From NCBI GenBank assembly GCA_963822585.1, contig CAWGIE010000033.1:135255-199254 (forward strand): a DNA stretch of 64,000 bases. The letters are read 5' to 3'. A program made the position numbers and the translations under genes. Shown one piece after another: positions 47,232-57,201 of this stretch. This DNA comes from an uncultured bacterium. Its GTDB lineage: Bacteria > Auribacterota > Erginobacteria > Erginobacterales > Erginobacteraceae. The notes below the pieces were generated by a model. The model searched no databases. It worked only from the letters and a program-made list of their open reading frames with translations, and had not been told where the DNA came from. Within the stretch, counting starts at the first letter, position 1. Each line of letters begins with the position of its first letter.

Positions 47232-48230
47232 GTGAAAAAAGCTGTCTTCACCGTCCTGCGCATCGTGATCAGCCTGGGGCTGATCGTCTTCCTGCTCTCT
47301 TACCTGGATTTGGACAAGATCGGGGAGACCGCGTCGCTCTTCTGGACCCAGCATCCGTTTTATCTCCTGGCCGTTATTCTGGGGGGGATCATCTTTATGA
47401 TCCTGGAAGGCTACCGCCTTCAGCAGGTTCTCCTGGCCCAGGATATCCATCTTCCGTTAACCCGGCTGACCCGCTACTGCTTCATCGGGATGTTCTTCAA
47501 TAATATCCTCCCCACCACGATCGGGGGGGATGTGGCAAAGGGGTTTTATATCGCCCGGGATTCCGGGAAAAAGACGGAACCGTTCGTGGCCCTGGTGGTG
47601 GTCCGGATCATCGGCGCGGTCTGCCTGACCGCGATCGCCATCATCGGCATTATTTGCGGACGGCGGCAGCTCCCCAATATGATACCGGTCTATCTGGTGG
47701 GAACGATGTTCCTGATCATTTCTTTCGCCCTCCTCTTTTTCACCCGGAGAAAACTGGCCGTCAAGTTCCTGATATTCCTGAAGCCGTTTAAGAATAAAAC
47801 GTTCCGCAAGGAGATCATCGCCGTCTATCGGCTCTTCCACCGGCATCAGAAGTTTCCCCTCCAGCTTGGATTGGCGACACTGGCCACGCTGGGCATAGAA
47901 TTCATATATATTCTCATCGACTTTCTGATTGCCCGGGGAATGAACTTCACCTCGGTCACCTTCTCGGCCTGCGTCATCTTCGTTCCCCTGATCGCGGTCA
48001 GCACGATGCTCCCCTCTATCGGCGGCCTCGGCGTGAGAGAAGGAATGTGTATCTACCTGTTCAGCACGCTGCCGGCAATGAACCAGGACAAGGCGGCGGC
48101 CATATCCCTGATCATGCTGGTTCTGATCATCGCTCTCGCCCTGGCCGGCGGTATTATCTATGCCCTCTCGGGGACGCTGCGGAAAACACGTCCCCACCCT
48201 CCGGCGGCGGAGGACTTCGGGGACGAATGA
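47232..48230 (+). CDS. Lysylphosphatidylglycerol synthase TM / flippase-like membrane protein
   Basis: FFNNILPTTIGGDVAK, PSIGGLGVREG. Confidence 0.88.
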   Translation: MKKAVFTVLRIVISLGLIVFLLSYLDLDKIGETASLFWTQHPFYLLAVILGGIIFMILEGYRLQQVLLAQDIHLPLTRLTRYCFIGMFFNNILPTTIGGDVAKGFYIARDSGKKTEPFVALVVVRIIGAVCLTAIAIIGIICGRRQLPNMIPVYLVGTMFLIISFALLFFTRRKLAVKFLIFLKPFKNKTFRKEIIAVYRLFHRHQKFPLQLGLATLATLGIEFIYILIDFLIARGMNFTSVTFSACVIFVPLIAVSTMLPSIGGLGVREGMCIYLFSTLPAMNQDKAAAISLIMLVLIIALALAGGIIYALSGTLRKTRPHPPAAEDFGDE

Positions 48231-48239
48231 ATAGAGAAC

Positions 48240-48425
48240 GACCGGTAATCAGTTATCGGTGATCGGTAATCAAAATTCAGTAATCAGTGATCAGTGCTCG
48301 GTAACTAGCAAACCTGGCAAAACCAGAGATACTGATAACTGATTACTGATCACCGATTATCGAAGCGAAGCGGAGATCCCGATGCCCCCGATGGCAATCG
48401 GGGGCTTTTCGGGACTGATCACCGC
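48240..48425. repeat. Family E heptamer (GTAATCA/TGATTAC) palindrome with nested hairpin insert; direct homolog at 51311-51478
   Basis: Both contain AGCGAAG.GGAGATCC.GATGCCCCCGATG..AATCGGG...TTTTCGGGACTG. Confidence 0.85.
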
Positions 48426-48430
48426 TAACC

Positions 48431-50611
48431 ATGAAAAAAACGTTCATCGTTATTGCCGTCATTGCCCTCTGCCTCTTACCCTTCCACGCTCTGTGGGCAC
48501 AGACACTGGAGGATGAAATCGGCCTGGCGGAACGGATGTCGACCCTGGTCTTCCAGATCGCCGTCATTTTGTTCGCCGCCTGGGCGGGAGAAGCCCTCTT
48601 CAAAAAACTGCGCTTGCCGACCGTACTCGGCGAATTGGTGGCCGGCATCGTTATCGGCCCCTATCTGCTGGGCGCCGTTGCCCTGCCCGGTTTTGCCGAC
48701 GGTCTCTTCCGGGCCGGCGCCCACTTCCCGGTCTCCCAGGAGCTTTACAGTTTCGCCACCATCGCTTCCATCGTTCTTCTCTTCCTGGTCGGGCTGGAGA
48801 CCGACATCAACATATTCCTGCGGTTCTCGCTCGCCGGCTCCGTCATCGGCACCGGCGGGATGCTGGTGAGTTTCGTCCTCGGGGACCTGACGGTGGTCTG
48901 GTTCTCGCGCGCCGTCTTCGGAGTCGCCTACAGTTTTACCGATGCCGTCCCTCTCTTTCTCGGAGTCGTCTCCACCGCGACGTCCGTGGGGATCAGCGCC
49001 ACCATCCTCTCCGAGAAACATAAAGTCGACTCGCCGGAGGGGGTAACCATTCTTTCCGCCGCCATCATCGACGACGTCCTCGGGATCATTCTTCTGGCGA
49101 TCGCCATCGGCATCATCAAGAGCGGGAACGTGGCCTGGGGAGAGATCGGGCAGATCGCCGGGCGGGCGGTCGGGGTCTGGCTCGGCTTCATGCTCCTGGG
49201 ACTGTTCTTTGCCCGGAAGATCAGCGCCGCCCTGAAACGGTTCAAGGAGACCAACACCATCGTGGTGATGAGCTTCGCCCTGGCCCTGCTCCTGGCGGGC
49301 ATCTTCGAGAAGTCGGGGCTGGCCATGATCATCGGGGCTTACGTCACCGGCCTCACCCTCTCCAAGACCGACCTGACCTACCTCATCCAGACGCACCTCG
49401 CCGTGTTCTACCGGTTCTTCGTCCCCGTCTTCTTCTGCGTCATGGGGATGCTGATCAACGTCCGGGACATCTTCGACGAAAAGATCCTTCTCATCGCCCT
49501 GGTCTATTCCGCCCTGGCCATCGTCGGGAAAATAGTGGGCTGCAGTCTCCCGGCGCTGCTGCTCAACTTCAACTTCCGGGGCGCCTCCCGGATCGGGATG
49601 GGGATGGTCCCCCGGGGGGAAGTCGCCCTGATCGTGGCCGGGATCGGACTCTCTTCCGGGGTGCTTTCTTCCGACGCCTTCAGCATCGGCGTCATCATGA
49701 CCTTCTTTACCACCCTGATCGCGCCCCCCCTTTTTTCCCGGATGATCGAAAAGAAGGGGGAGGTGTTGAGAAAGCCGACCCCTTTCAAATCCGATCAGAA
49801 GCATATCACTTATGATTTTCCCAACCGGGAGACGGCGGATCTCCTGCTGACCAAGATCATCGACGCCTTCAAAAACGAGGGCTTTTTCGTCCACCTGCTC
49901 GACATCCGCCGGCATCTTTACGGGATCCGGAAGGAAAACACCTTCATCACCATGCGGTTCTCCCCGGAGAGAATCATCTTCGACTGCCGCGAGGAGGACG
50001 CCGCCTTCATTCACACTCTTTTTTACGAAGCGCTGGCCGAACTGCAGCGCGTGATGCGCCAGCTCCAGTCTCTGGCCGAGCCGGAGGCCATCGGGAAAAG
50101 GATTTTGAAAGACACCGGTACGACCCGGCCCCGGGTCAACGGGAAAGAGCGGGCTCTTCTTTCCCGGATGTTTCAACCGGCGGGGGTGGATTTCAATCTG
50201 CAGGGGAACACCCAGGAAAAAGTTCTGGAAGAACTGGTCCGTCTTCTCATCTCTTCCGGCCAGATTCCGCCGGAGAGGCATGACGAGGTCCTGCGGCTTC
50301 TCCTTGACCGGGAGAAAGATATTTCAACCGGGCTCCAGGAAGGAATCGCTTTTCCCCATGCCCGGACCGAGATCGTGAAAGAGATGAGAACGGTGGCGGG
50401 CATCAGGAAAGAGGGTGTTGATTTCGGGTCGCTCGATAACCGGCCGGCGTACATCTTCATCGCCACCCTGATCCCCTGCGATCAGCCGGAGCCCTACCTG
50501 AAACTGATGGCGATAATAAGCCGCTTCCTCTCCGTCAAGGAGAACCGGGCCCGCCTGATCGCCTGCAAATCAAACCGGGAACTCTACGAGATCCTCCGTG
50601 AGCTGACCTGA
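48431..50611 (+). CDS. CPA2 cation:proton antiporter fused to a PTS IIA (fructose/Ntr-type) domain
   Basis: GELVAGIVIGP, ATSVGI, AAIIDD, PRGEVAL; C-terminal RE...STG...GIAFPHAR, GVDFGSLD. Confidence 0.9.
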   Translation: MKKTFIVIAVIALCLLPFHALWAQTLEDEIGLAERMSTLVFQIAVILFAAWAGEALFKKLRLPTVLGELVAGIVIGPYLLGAVALPGFADGLFRAGAHFPVSQELYSFATIASIVLLFLVGLETDINIFLRFSLAGSVIGTGGMLVSFVLGDLTVVWFSRAVFGVAYSFTDAVPLFLGVVSTATSVGISATILSEKHKVDSPEGVTILSAAIIDDVLGIILLAIAIGIIKSGNVAWGEIGQIAGRAVGVWLGFMLLGLFFARKISAALKRFKETNTIVVMSFALALLLAGIFEKSGLAMIIGAYVTGLTLSKTDLTYLIQTHLAVFYRFFVPVFFCVMGMLINVRDIFDEKILLIALVYSALAIVGKIVGCSLPALLLNFNFRGASRIGMGMVPRGEVALIVAGIGLSSGVLSSDAFSIGVIMTFFTTLIAPPLFSRMIEKKGEVLRKPTPFKSDQKHITYDFPNRETADLLLTKIIDAFKNEGFFVHLLDIRRHLYGIRKENTFITMRFSPERIIFDCREEDAAFIHTLFYEALAELQRVMRQLQSLAEPEAIGKRILKDTGTTRPRVNGKERALLSRMFQPAGVDFNLQGNTQEKVLEELVRLLISSGQIPPERHDEVLRLLLDREKDISTGLQEGIAFPHARTEIVKEMRTVAGIRKEGVDFGSLDNRPAYIFIATLIPCDQPEPYLKLMAIISRFLSVKENRARLIACKSNRELYEILRELT

Positions 50612-50819
50612 CCGGTTCTCTTCCATTCCCACGTCTATTATTCACCACGAAGAACACGAAGTACACGAAGTACACGAAGAATAGGTGAAAAAACAAATAG
50701 GATTTAGATCATTTTTTAGAAATCTTCGTGTTCTTCGTGTTCTTCGTGGTTTTAATTGATTTGGTCCCAATATGGATATAATTTTCGAGCAGGATATAAT
50801 TAAGCGGAGATTCTTCTCT

Positions 50820-51329
50820 ATGAAAAAAATTCTGGCGCTGACATTTCTGGCCAATGTCATCCTGGCGGTACTGATGCTCTTCACCCTCCCCTCCCGGGTG
50901 GCGATTCACTTCGTCGCCGGGGGGATGCCGGATTCATGGACGGACCGGGAAGCCTTCGTGCTCCTCATCCTCGCCATCGAACTCCCCCTTTTCATCCTCT
51001 TCCTCCTGGCCCCGTCCCTGAACCTGAAGGTGTCGCCGCGCTGGACGAACATCCCGAACAAAGATTACTGGCTGAAGGAAGAAAACCGGCCGGAGCTGAA
51101 GAAAAAGCTGGCGGTTCTGATGGCGGAGTTCGGCTGCGCCTTTTTCCTGCTTTTTTTCGTCCTCGAGATCCTGACCCTTGACGCCAATCTGGCGGATCCG
51201 GTCCGGCTGAAGGAGGGGTATTTCTTCCCCGTCTTCATCGCCTTCATGGCCTATGCCGTCTACTGGGCCCTGAAGTTCGTTCTCTCTTTCCGTCGGCCAA
51301 AGCAAGGGAAGGTAATCGGTAAACGGTAA
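50820..51329 (+). CDS. DUF1648-like membrane protein
   Basis: LPSRVAIHF...G.PD, NIPNKDYW. Confidence 0.8.
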   Translation: MKKILALTFLANVILAVLMLFTLPSRVAIHFVAGGMPDSWTDREAFVLLILAIELPLFILFLLAPSLNLKVSPRWTNIPNKDYWLKEENRPELKKKLAVLMAEFGCAFFLLFFVLEILTLDANLADPVRLKEGYFFPVFIAFMAYAVYWALKFVLSFRRPKQGKVIGKR

Positions 51330-51473
51330 TCAGTCATCAGTGACAGCTACCCGGCGCACTGCTTACCGCTTACCGATCACTGATTACCGGAGCGAAGGGG
51401 AGATCCTGATGCCCCCGATGATAATCGGGACTTTTTCGGGACTGCTTACTGATCACCGATTACTGATTACCGA

Positions 51474-52961
51474 TCACTGTTCTTCCTGCCGGGCCCCGGT
51501 GGCTTTGATCTCCTGGTGGGTCTTGCGGTACTCGATCAAAAGCTCGGAGAGTTTCTGAACGTCCTGCTTGATCTTCTCTTCGTCCAGGGTCAGGAACCGG
51601 TAATCGTCCTTCAGCTTCTTCCCGTTGGCGATCACCCACCGGACTTCGCTGCCATCCGAGGCCCAGATCAGGTTCTCCACCACGTTATCGACGCGGGTCG
51701 GGGTGAGGTTGGGCCGGCGCAGATCGACCAGGATCAGGTCGGCGTCCTTTCCCGGCGCCAGCTGCCCGGTATTGAGGTGAAGCATCTTCGCCGGAACCGT
51801 CGTCACCATCTCCAGGACTTGCTGGGCCGGGAGCAGCCGGGCGTTTTTATGAAAAGCCTTCTGATACTGGGAGGCCAGCCGCGCGGCCGAGAGCATGTTC
51901 TGGTTGTCGGAGGAACCGGAGCCGTCGGTGGAGATGGCGATCGGAATCCCCATCTCCAGCATCTCGATCACCGGCGGCATCCCCGAGCCGAGGATGGTGT
52001 TGGCCAACGGGTTATGGACAATGTTGGTCCGGGTCTGCTGCAGGATGGCGAGGTCGACCGGTGTGTTGTTCACCTGGTGGGCGAGGATGGTGTTCTCATC
52101 CAGCGCGCCGACCTGGTGAAGATAGCCGACCGGGCTGCACAGATACTGGGGATAAAACCAGGCGGTCGTGTTCGGCTCCTCCGAGCTGTGCATGTGGAAG
52201 AGCGTGCCGTGGACGTTGGCCCACTCCTTGAGGGCCTTGATCATCTCCGCCGAGTTGGAGAAGACCTGGTCCGGGCCGGGGATGATCCCGGTCCGAGCCC
52301 TTCCGCCGAACTCGGCGGTAAATTCGTCCATCCGTCTCACCGCCTCCTCGACTGTGTCCAGTATCCGGGGGTCGTAGTTCCGGTCCTGGCCGCCGATGGC
52401 GACGATGATCTTCGTCCCCGCCCGGGTGTTGGCCTCCACCAGTTCCTCCAGGTGGTACTTGTTGAAGTTGCAGTGATGGGTAAGGGCGGAGGTGATCCCG
52501 TAGTAAATGTCGTCCAGCTTGGCCTTGGCGTAAGTAATCACGTGGGCCGAGACGCCGAACCGTTTCTGGAGATTTTTCCAGTTTTCATTCAGGAACCCGG
52601 TAAAGAGGTTGACGGCGTGATCGAGCCAGTCGGTCAAGGGCTCGTCCTTGGCGATCCCGATGATCGGAGATTCATGGTCGTGACCGTGCGCCTTGACGAA
52701 CCCCGGGAGAACCACACCGTCCAGACAGGGGATATCCGCTTCCGAGACCGGGGCCTTCTTCCCGGCCCCAATGACTTCCAGGTCGCCCCCGTATTCGCGG
52801 AGGATTTTCTTCCCGATCGCGGCCTTGTATTTACCCGCCTCCTTGATCAGGCTCCCCTCGATCAGGACGTACCCGTCCTCGATCCGGGTTGAAAGCCCCC
52901 GTTTCTCACTCATCGGCAAAAGCAGCCGGCTGCGGATCAGTTTATATTTTTTATCAGCCAT
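51474..52961 (-). CDS. Metal-dependent amidohydrolase (MtaD/SsnA-like deaminase)
   Basis: PGFVKAHGH, HMHSSE, HNPLAN..LGSG, STDGSGS, GKDADL. Confidence 0.85.
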   Translation of the reverse strand: MADKKYKLIRSRLLLPMSEKRGLSTRIEDGYVLIEGSLIKEAGKYKAAIGKKILREYGGDLEVIGAGKKAPVSEADIPCLDGVVLPGFVKAHGHDHESPIIGIAKDEPLTDWLDHAVNLFTGFLNENWKNLQKRFGVSAHVITYAKAKLDDIYYGITSALTHHCNFNKYHLEELVEANTRAGTKIIVAIGGQDRNYDPRILDTVEEAVRRMDEFTAEFGGRARTGIIPGPDQVFSNSAEMIKALKEWANVHGTLFHMHSSEEPNTTAWFYPQYLCSPVGYLHQVGALDENTILAHQVNNTPVDLAILQQTRTNIVHNPLANTILGSGMPPVIEMLEMGIPIAISTDGSGSSDNQNMLSAARLASQYQKAFHKNARLLPAQQVLEMVTTVPAKMLHLNTGQLAPGKDADLILVDLRRPNLTPTRVDNVVENLIWASDGSEVRWVIANGKKLKDDYRFLTLDEEKIKQDVQKLSELLIEYRKTHQEIKATGARQEEQ

Positions 52962-53061
52962 ATTTTCCTCCGGTAATTTATGTTATATTTTAAAAAAGCC
53001 GAACATCTTATTCTAACTCCTTGGATATTGAAACTAAATTTTTCCGGAGGAAAATAGTAAA

Positions 53062-53478
53062 ATGCAATCCTTGACCGAACATCTCTGGTTCAACGCTCCC
53101 ACCCGGCGCGCGTTCATCAACATCACCCCCCGGGTCGAGGAGCTGGTCCGCAAGAGCGGCATCCGGGAGGGGCTCTGCCTGGTCAACGCCATGCACATCA
53201 CCGCTTCCGTCTTTATCAACGACGACGAGGCGGGTCTCCACCACGACTTCGAGGTCTGGCTGGAAGGTCTCGCCCCCGAGAAACCCCATTCCCGGTATCG
53301 TCACAACGGCTTCGAGGACAACGCCGACGCCCATCTCAAGCGCCAGATCATGGGGCGGGAGGTGGTGGTGGCCGTGACCGGGGGGAAGCTCGACTTCGGC
53401 CCCTGGGAGCAGATCTTCTACGGCGAATTTGACGGGATGAGAAAGAAACGGGTCCTGGTCAAGATCATCGGCGAATAA
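53062..53478 (+). CDS. yjbQ: YjbQ/UPF0047 family protein
   Basis: [31 protein letters not shown]. Confidence 0.93.
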   Translation: MQSLTEHLWFNAPTRRAFINITPRVEELVRKSGIREGLCLVNAMHITASVFINDDEAGLHHDFEVWLEGLAPEKPHSRYRHNGFEDNADAHLKRQIMGREVVVAVTGGKLDFGPWEQIFYGEFDGMRKKRVLVKIIGE

Positions 53479-53603
53479 AAGATTTCCCCGACCCGGGAGG
53501 GTCGGGGAAATCTTTTATTTTTTGAACATATTTTTATTCTCTCCGGACAGGCTTTGCGATAAAATATTAGAGCGGTTTAATGGTAAATTACGGGGAGGAA
53601 ATC

Positions 53604-54519
53604 ATGAAACATATCTGTTCGTTCATGCTGACGGCGCTGGTGCTAGCGGCAGCGTCGGCCTCGGCGGAGGACTTCAACGGGGACGGGACGGGCGACGTCG
53701 CCATCTTCCGCGATTCATCCGGCCTCTGGGGGATACGCGGGGTGACCCGGTTTTATTTCGGAGGCGCGGGAGACCTCCCCAAACCCGGCGACTATTCCGG
53801 CAACGGGACCGACATCCCGGCCGTCTTCCGGGGCGGGCCTCTGGGCCGTGCGGGGCCTGACCCGGATCTACTTCGGCTCATCCGGGGACAAGCCGAAACC
53901 GGGTGATTACAACGGGGACGGCACGGAAGACATCGGAATCTTCCGGGAAGCGGCCAGCCTCTGGGCAGCCCGCGGCATCACCCGGTTTTATTTCGGGACC
54001 GCCGGGGACAAAGCCCTGGCCCCCGATGTCGCCTACGGGGAACTGCGGACCAGCGGTCTCCTTCAAACCGGCCAGACAACAATATATCATTCCGGTGACG
54101 ATGGCGCCTACCGGGTGGGAAAAGAATTTTTCTATACCGACCACGGCGACGGGACGGTCACCGACAACGTGACCGGCCTGATGTGGCCCACGGACGGGAC
54201 CGGCCTTGGCTGCTTCAACGGCCAGACGGCGACCTGGACGGACGCAATCGATTACTGCAACAGCCTCAATTTTGCCGGCTACACCGACTGGCGCCTCCCC
54301 AATGTCCGCGAACTCCTCTCCCTCGTCAACTACGGGAGAACCACTCCCTGCATCGATACCGGCGTCTTTACTAATACTCTCGTCAAACGATACTGGACCT
54401 CCACTCCTGATGACAGCGGTGCCAAAGCCTGGACGGTGTATATGTATGACGGCGATCTTTATGTTTGGAATAAAACCCTTCACGGCTTCTATGTCCGTCC
54501 CGTCCGCGGCGGTCAATAG
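53604..54519 (+). pseudogene. Secreted FG-GAP-like repeat plus DUF1566 protein, frameshifted at about 53832
   Basis: ORFs 53604-53906 and 53848-54519 join into one paralog of 54557-55492; only 4 nt instead of 9 between the FR and GLW codons. Confidence 0.75.
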
Positions 54520-54556
54520 TCACAAACCCCGAATGCCGGATAAAGGAGACTCACTG

Positions 54557-55492
54557 ATGAAAACAATAGTGTTCGCCGCGATCATGATGCTGAGCTTCTG
54601 GATCATTCATCCCTCCCGGGCGGCCGACTTCGACGGGGACGGGACCGGGGAGATCGCCATTTTCCGACCCTCCACCGGCCTCTGGGTGGCCCGGGGTCTG
54701 ACCCGGATCTATTTCGGCGGTACGGGGGATATACCGGAACCGGCCGATTACAGCGGGGGCGGGTACGACATCCCGGTCATCTTCCGGCCTTCCAGCGGCC
54801 TCTGGGCCGCGCCCGGCGCCAGCACCCGGATCTACTTCGGCTCGTCCGCCGACAAGCCGAAAGCGGGGGATTACGACGGGGACGGCACCGAAGACGCCGC
54901 CGTCTTCCGGGAAGCCTCCGGTCTCTGGGCCGCCCGGGGCATCACCCGGTTTTATTTCGGGGGCGACGGGGACCGTGCCCTGGCCCCCGACATCGCCCAC
55001 GGCGCCGTCCACGGCAGTGGTCTCCTCCGGACCGGTATGACGCGGGTCGACCACACGGGGGACGACGGGTCATACCAGACGGGGACGGTTTTTCACTATG
55101 TCGATCACGGCAACGGCACCGCCACCGATGTCGTCACCGGCCTGATGTGGCCCACCGATGGTAACGGCGCCGGGTGCTTCAACGGCCAGACCGCGACCTG
55201 GGAGGAAGCGGTGGATTACTGCAACGGACTCACTTTTGCCGGCTACGCCGACTGGCGGCTGCCCAATGTCCGGGAACTGCACTCCCTGGTCAATTACTCG
55301 GCCGCCACACCGAAGATCAACAACACCATCTTCCCCAACACCAGGGCGGACAGGTACGTCTCCTCCACCACCCACGCCGGCGCCACCGGCAGCGCCTGGT
55401 TCGTGTACTTTGCCGACGGGGACATCAGTCCCTTGGGAAAAGATGATTTCGGAGCCGTCTTCTACGTTCGCGCCGTCCGCGGGGGGGATTAA
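54557..55492 (+). CDS. Secreted FG-GAP-like repeat protein with DUF1566 (Lcl C-terminal) domain
   Basis: D[FY]DGDGT..IFR...GLW...YFG repeats; TGLMW, W..A..YC, DWRLPN..EL, VRAVRGG. Confidence 0.9.
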   Translation: MKTIVFAAIMMLSFWIIHPSRAADFDGDGTGEIAIFRPSTGLWVARGLTRIYFGGTGDIPEPADYSGGGYDIPVIFRPSSGLWAAPGASTRIYFGSSADKPKAGDYDGDGTEDAAVFREASGLWAARGITRFYFGGDGDRALAPDIAHGAVHGSGLLRTGMTRVDHTGDDGSYQTGTVFHYVDHGNGTATDVVTGLMWPTDGNGAGCFNGQTATWEEAVDYCNGLTFAGYADWRLPNVRELHSLVNYSAATPKINNTIFPNTRADRYVSSTTHAGATGSAWFVYFADGDISPLGKDDFGAVFYVRAVRGGD

Positions 55493-55505
55493 AAGCAGAA
55501 GTAGC

Positions 55506-55884
55506 GAACGTTCAACATTCAACTCTCAACGTTCAACGTTCAACAAATTAGCGCAATTCGCGAAATTCGTAGTTTATTACGGGGGCGAGGCGGGGGAAAA
55601 TTAGTGCAGATTCGTGTAATTCGTGGTTGAAAAAGGGGCCGAGGCGGGGGACATTCCGTGAAATCTGTGTAATCTGTGGACTGAAAAGGGGGCGAGGCGG
55701 GGGGATGAATCAGTGTCATTTAGTGTAATTAGTGGACTGAAAAGGGGGCGAGGCGGGGGGGAAAAGCGAATAACGAACCGCAGAATATCGAACACCGAAT
55801 ATCGAACATCGAACATTCTCGTCCTGATCAACTCCTATTCAATCACATTCAATCGTCTGTTCCCAAAGGGGGAATGGCAGGGGG
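55506..55884. repeat. Modular array: GGGGGCGAGGCGGGGG at about 54-nt period with variable periodic modules
   Basis: Repeats at 55581, 55635, 55688, 55744 and degenerate 55868. Confidence 0.9.
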
Positions 55885-57003
55885 TTATAGAATCTCCCGC
55901 ACCATTTTCGCCACGTGTTTCCCGATCGCCGGGGAGGCGGTCAGGCCGGGGGATTCGATCCCGATCAGGCTGATCAGCCCGGGGAGGCCCCGGTCCTCCT
56001 CATGCCGGATGACGAAGTCCCTCTCCTTCTCCCCCTTCCGATAGAGTTTGGCGCGGATCCCGGCCATGTCCGGGGAGAGGCTCTCTTTCTTCAGGGCCGG
56101 CAGATACCCCCGGGCACCCTCGAAGAACTCGTCGAGATGCCCCTCATCCACCGTGTGGTCAATCTCATCCACGTAGAACGCGTTGGGGCCGATCTTGATC
56201 CCCCCCTGGAGATCGACCACCGTGTGGAGCCCGAGGCTGATCCCGGTCGGCGGGGGATAGACCAGGCGGGTGGTCCGCTCCTTCTCCCCTCCCCAGACCC
56301 GGAAATACTCTCCCTTGCAGGGGTAGATGGCGTAGCCGGCGGCGGCGGTCTCGATCCCGGCCAGGGCCGCCACCTTTTCCGCCTCCAGGCCGGCGCTGTT
56401 GACGACCACCCGGCTGGCAAACCGGAAAAGATCCCCGTCGGCATCCCGTATCCCGACCACATACCCCTCCCCTTCCCTCTCCAGGGAGATGAGTTCGCAG
56501 TTGTAGGCAAAGGTGGCCGCGGGTGCGGCCTTCTTCTCGAAGTAGGCCATCAGGCCGTGGCTGTCGATGATCCCCGTCTCCGGCGACCAGAGTCCGCCGG
56601 CCGCCCGGACGTTGGGCTCCATCTCCGTCACTTCTTCCCGGGAGAGGAGGGCGAGTCCCTCGACGCCGTTTTCTTCGCCCTGCTGCTTCAGGTCCTCCAG
56701 CACCGGGAGGTCGTGGTTGTCGACGGCGATGATCAGCTTCCCGATCTTGCGGTGGGGGATGCCCGCCGCCGCGCAGAGTTCGTAGAGGGCCCGGCGCCCT
56801 TCGACGCAGAAGCGGGCTTTCAGGGAATCCTTTTCATAGTAGATCCCCGCGTGGATCACCTCGCTGTTCCGGCTGCTCGCTTCCCGGCCGAAGCCGTCCT
56901 GGCGTTCCACCACGATCGTCTCCTTCCCCTCCCCCGCCAATTCCGCCGCGATCGCCAGACCGACGACACCGGCCCCAATGATCGTTACATCCACACTTTC
57001 CAC
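55885..57003 (-). CDS. FAD-dependent oxidoreductase (LhgO-like)
   Basis: IIGAGVVG, SSRNSEVIHAGIYY, KGEYF, GIESPGLTAS. Confidence 0.9.
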   Translation of the reverse strand: MESVDVTIIGAGVVGLAIAAELAGEGKETIVVERQDGFGREASSRNSEVIHAGIYYEKDSLKARFCVEGRRALYELCAAAGIPHRKIGKLIIAVDNHDLPVLEDLKQQGEENGVEGLALLSREEVTEMEPNVRAAGGLWSPETGIIDSHGLMAYFEKKAAPAATFAYNCELISLEREGEGYVVGIRDADGDLFRFASRVVVNSAGLEAEKVAALAGIETAAAGYAIYPCKGEYFRVWGGEKERTTRLVYPPPTGISLGLHTVVDLQGGIKIGPNAFYVDEIDHTVDEGHLDEFFEGARGYLPALKKESLSPDMAGIRAKLYRKGEKERDFVIRHEEDRGLPGLISLIGIESPGLTASPAIGKHVAKMVREIL

Positions 57004-57201
57004 TTTTTTCCTCTTTTCACTATGCTGTTTCTTGCCACCAAGGCACCAAGACACCAAGAATAATTATAAATTCTTATTTGATGGCGATAAATTGAGGCCA
57101 TGAGAGTTAGTTTTATGATACTATCAAAATGACGCGAAAGCTCATATGTTATAACTAAAATTTTTCCGCAGGAAAAATTTTATTCCGGAGGAAAAATTTT
57201 A

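Noticed and set aside
53604..55492. Complete diversity-generating retroelement
   Set aside because: No reverse transcriptase, avd or template repeat is recognisable here; kept only as a hypothesis.
55581..55761. CRISPR array
   Set aside because: The repeat is only 16-20 nt and G-run rich, the spacers are mutually similar, periodic and recur elsewhere in the window, and no cas genes are present.
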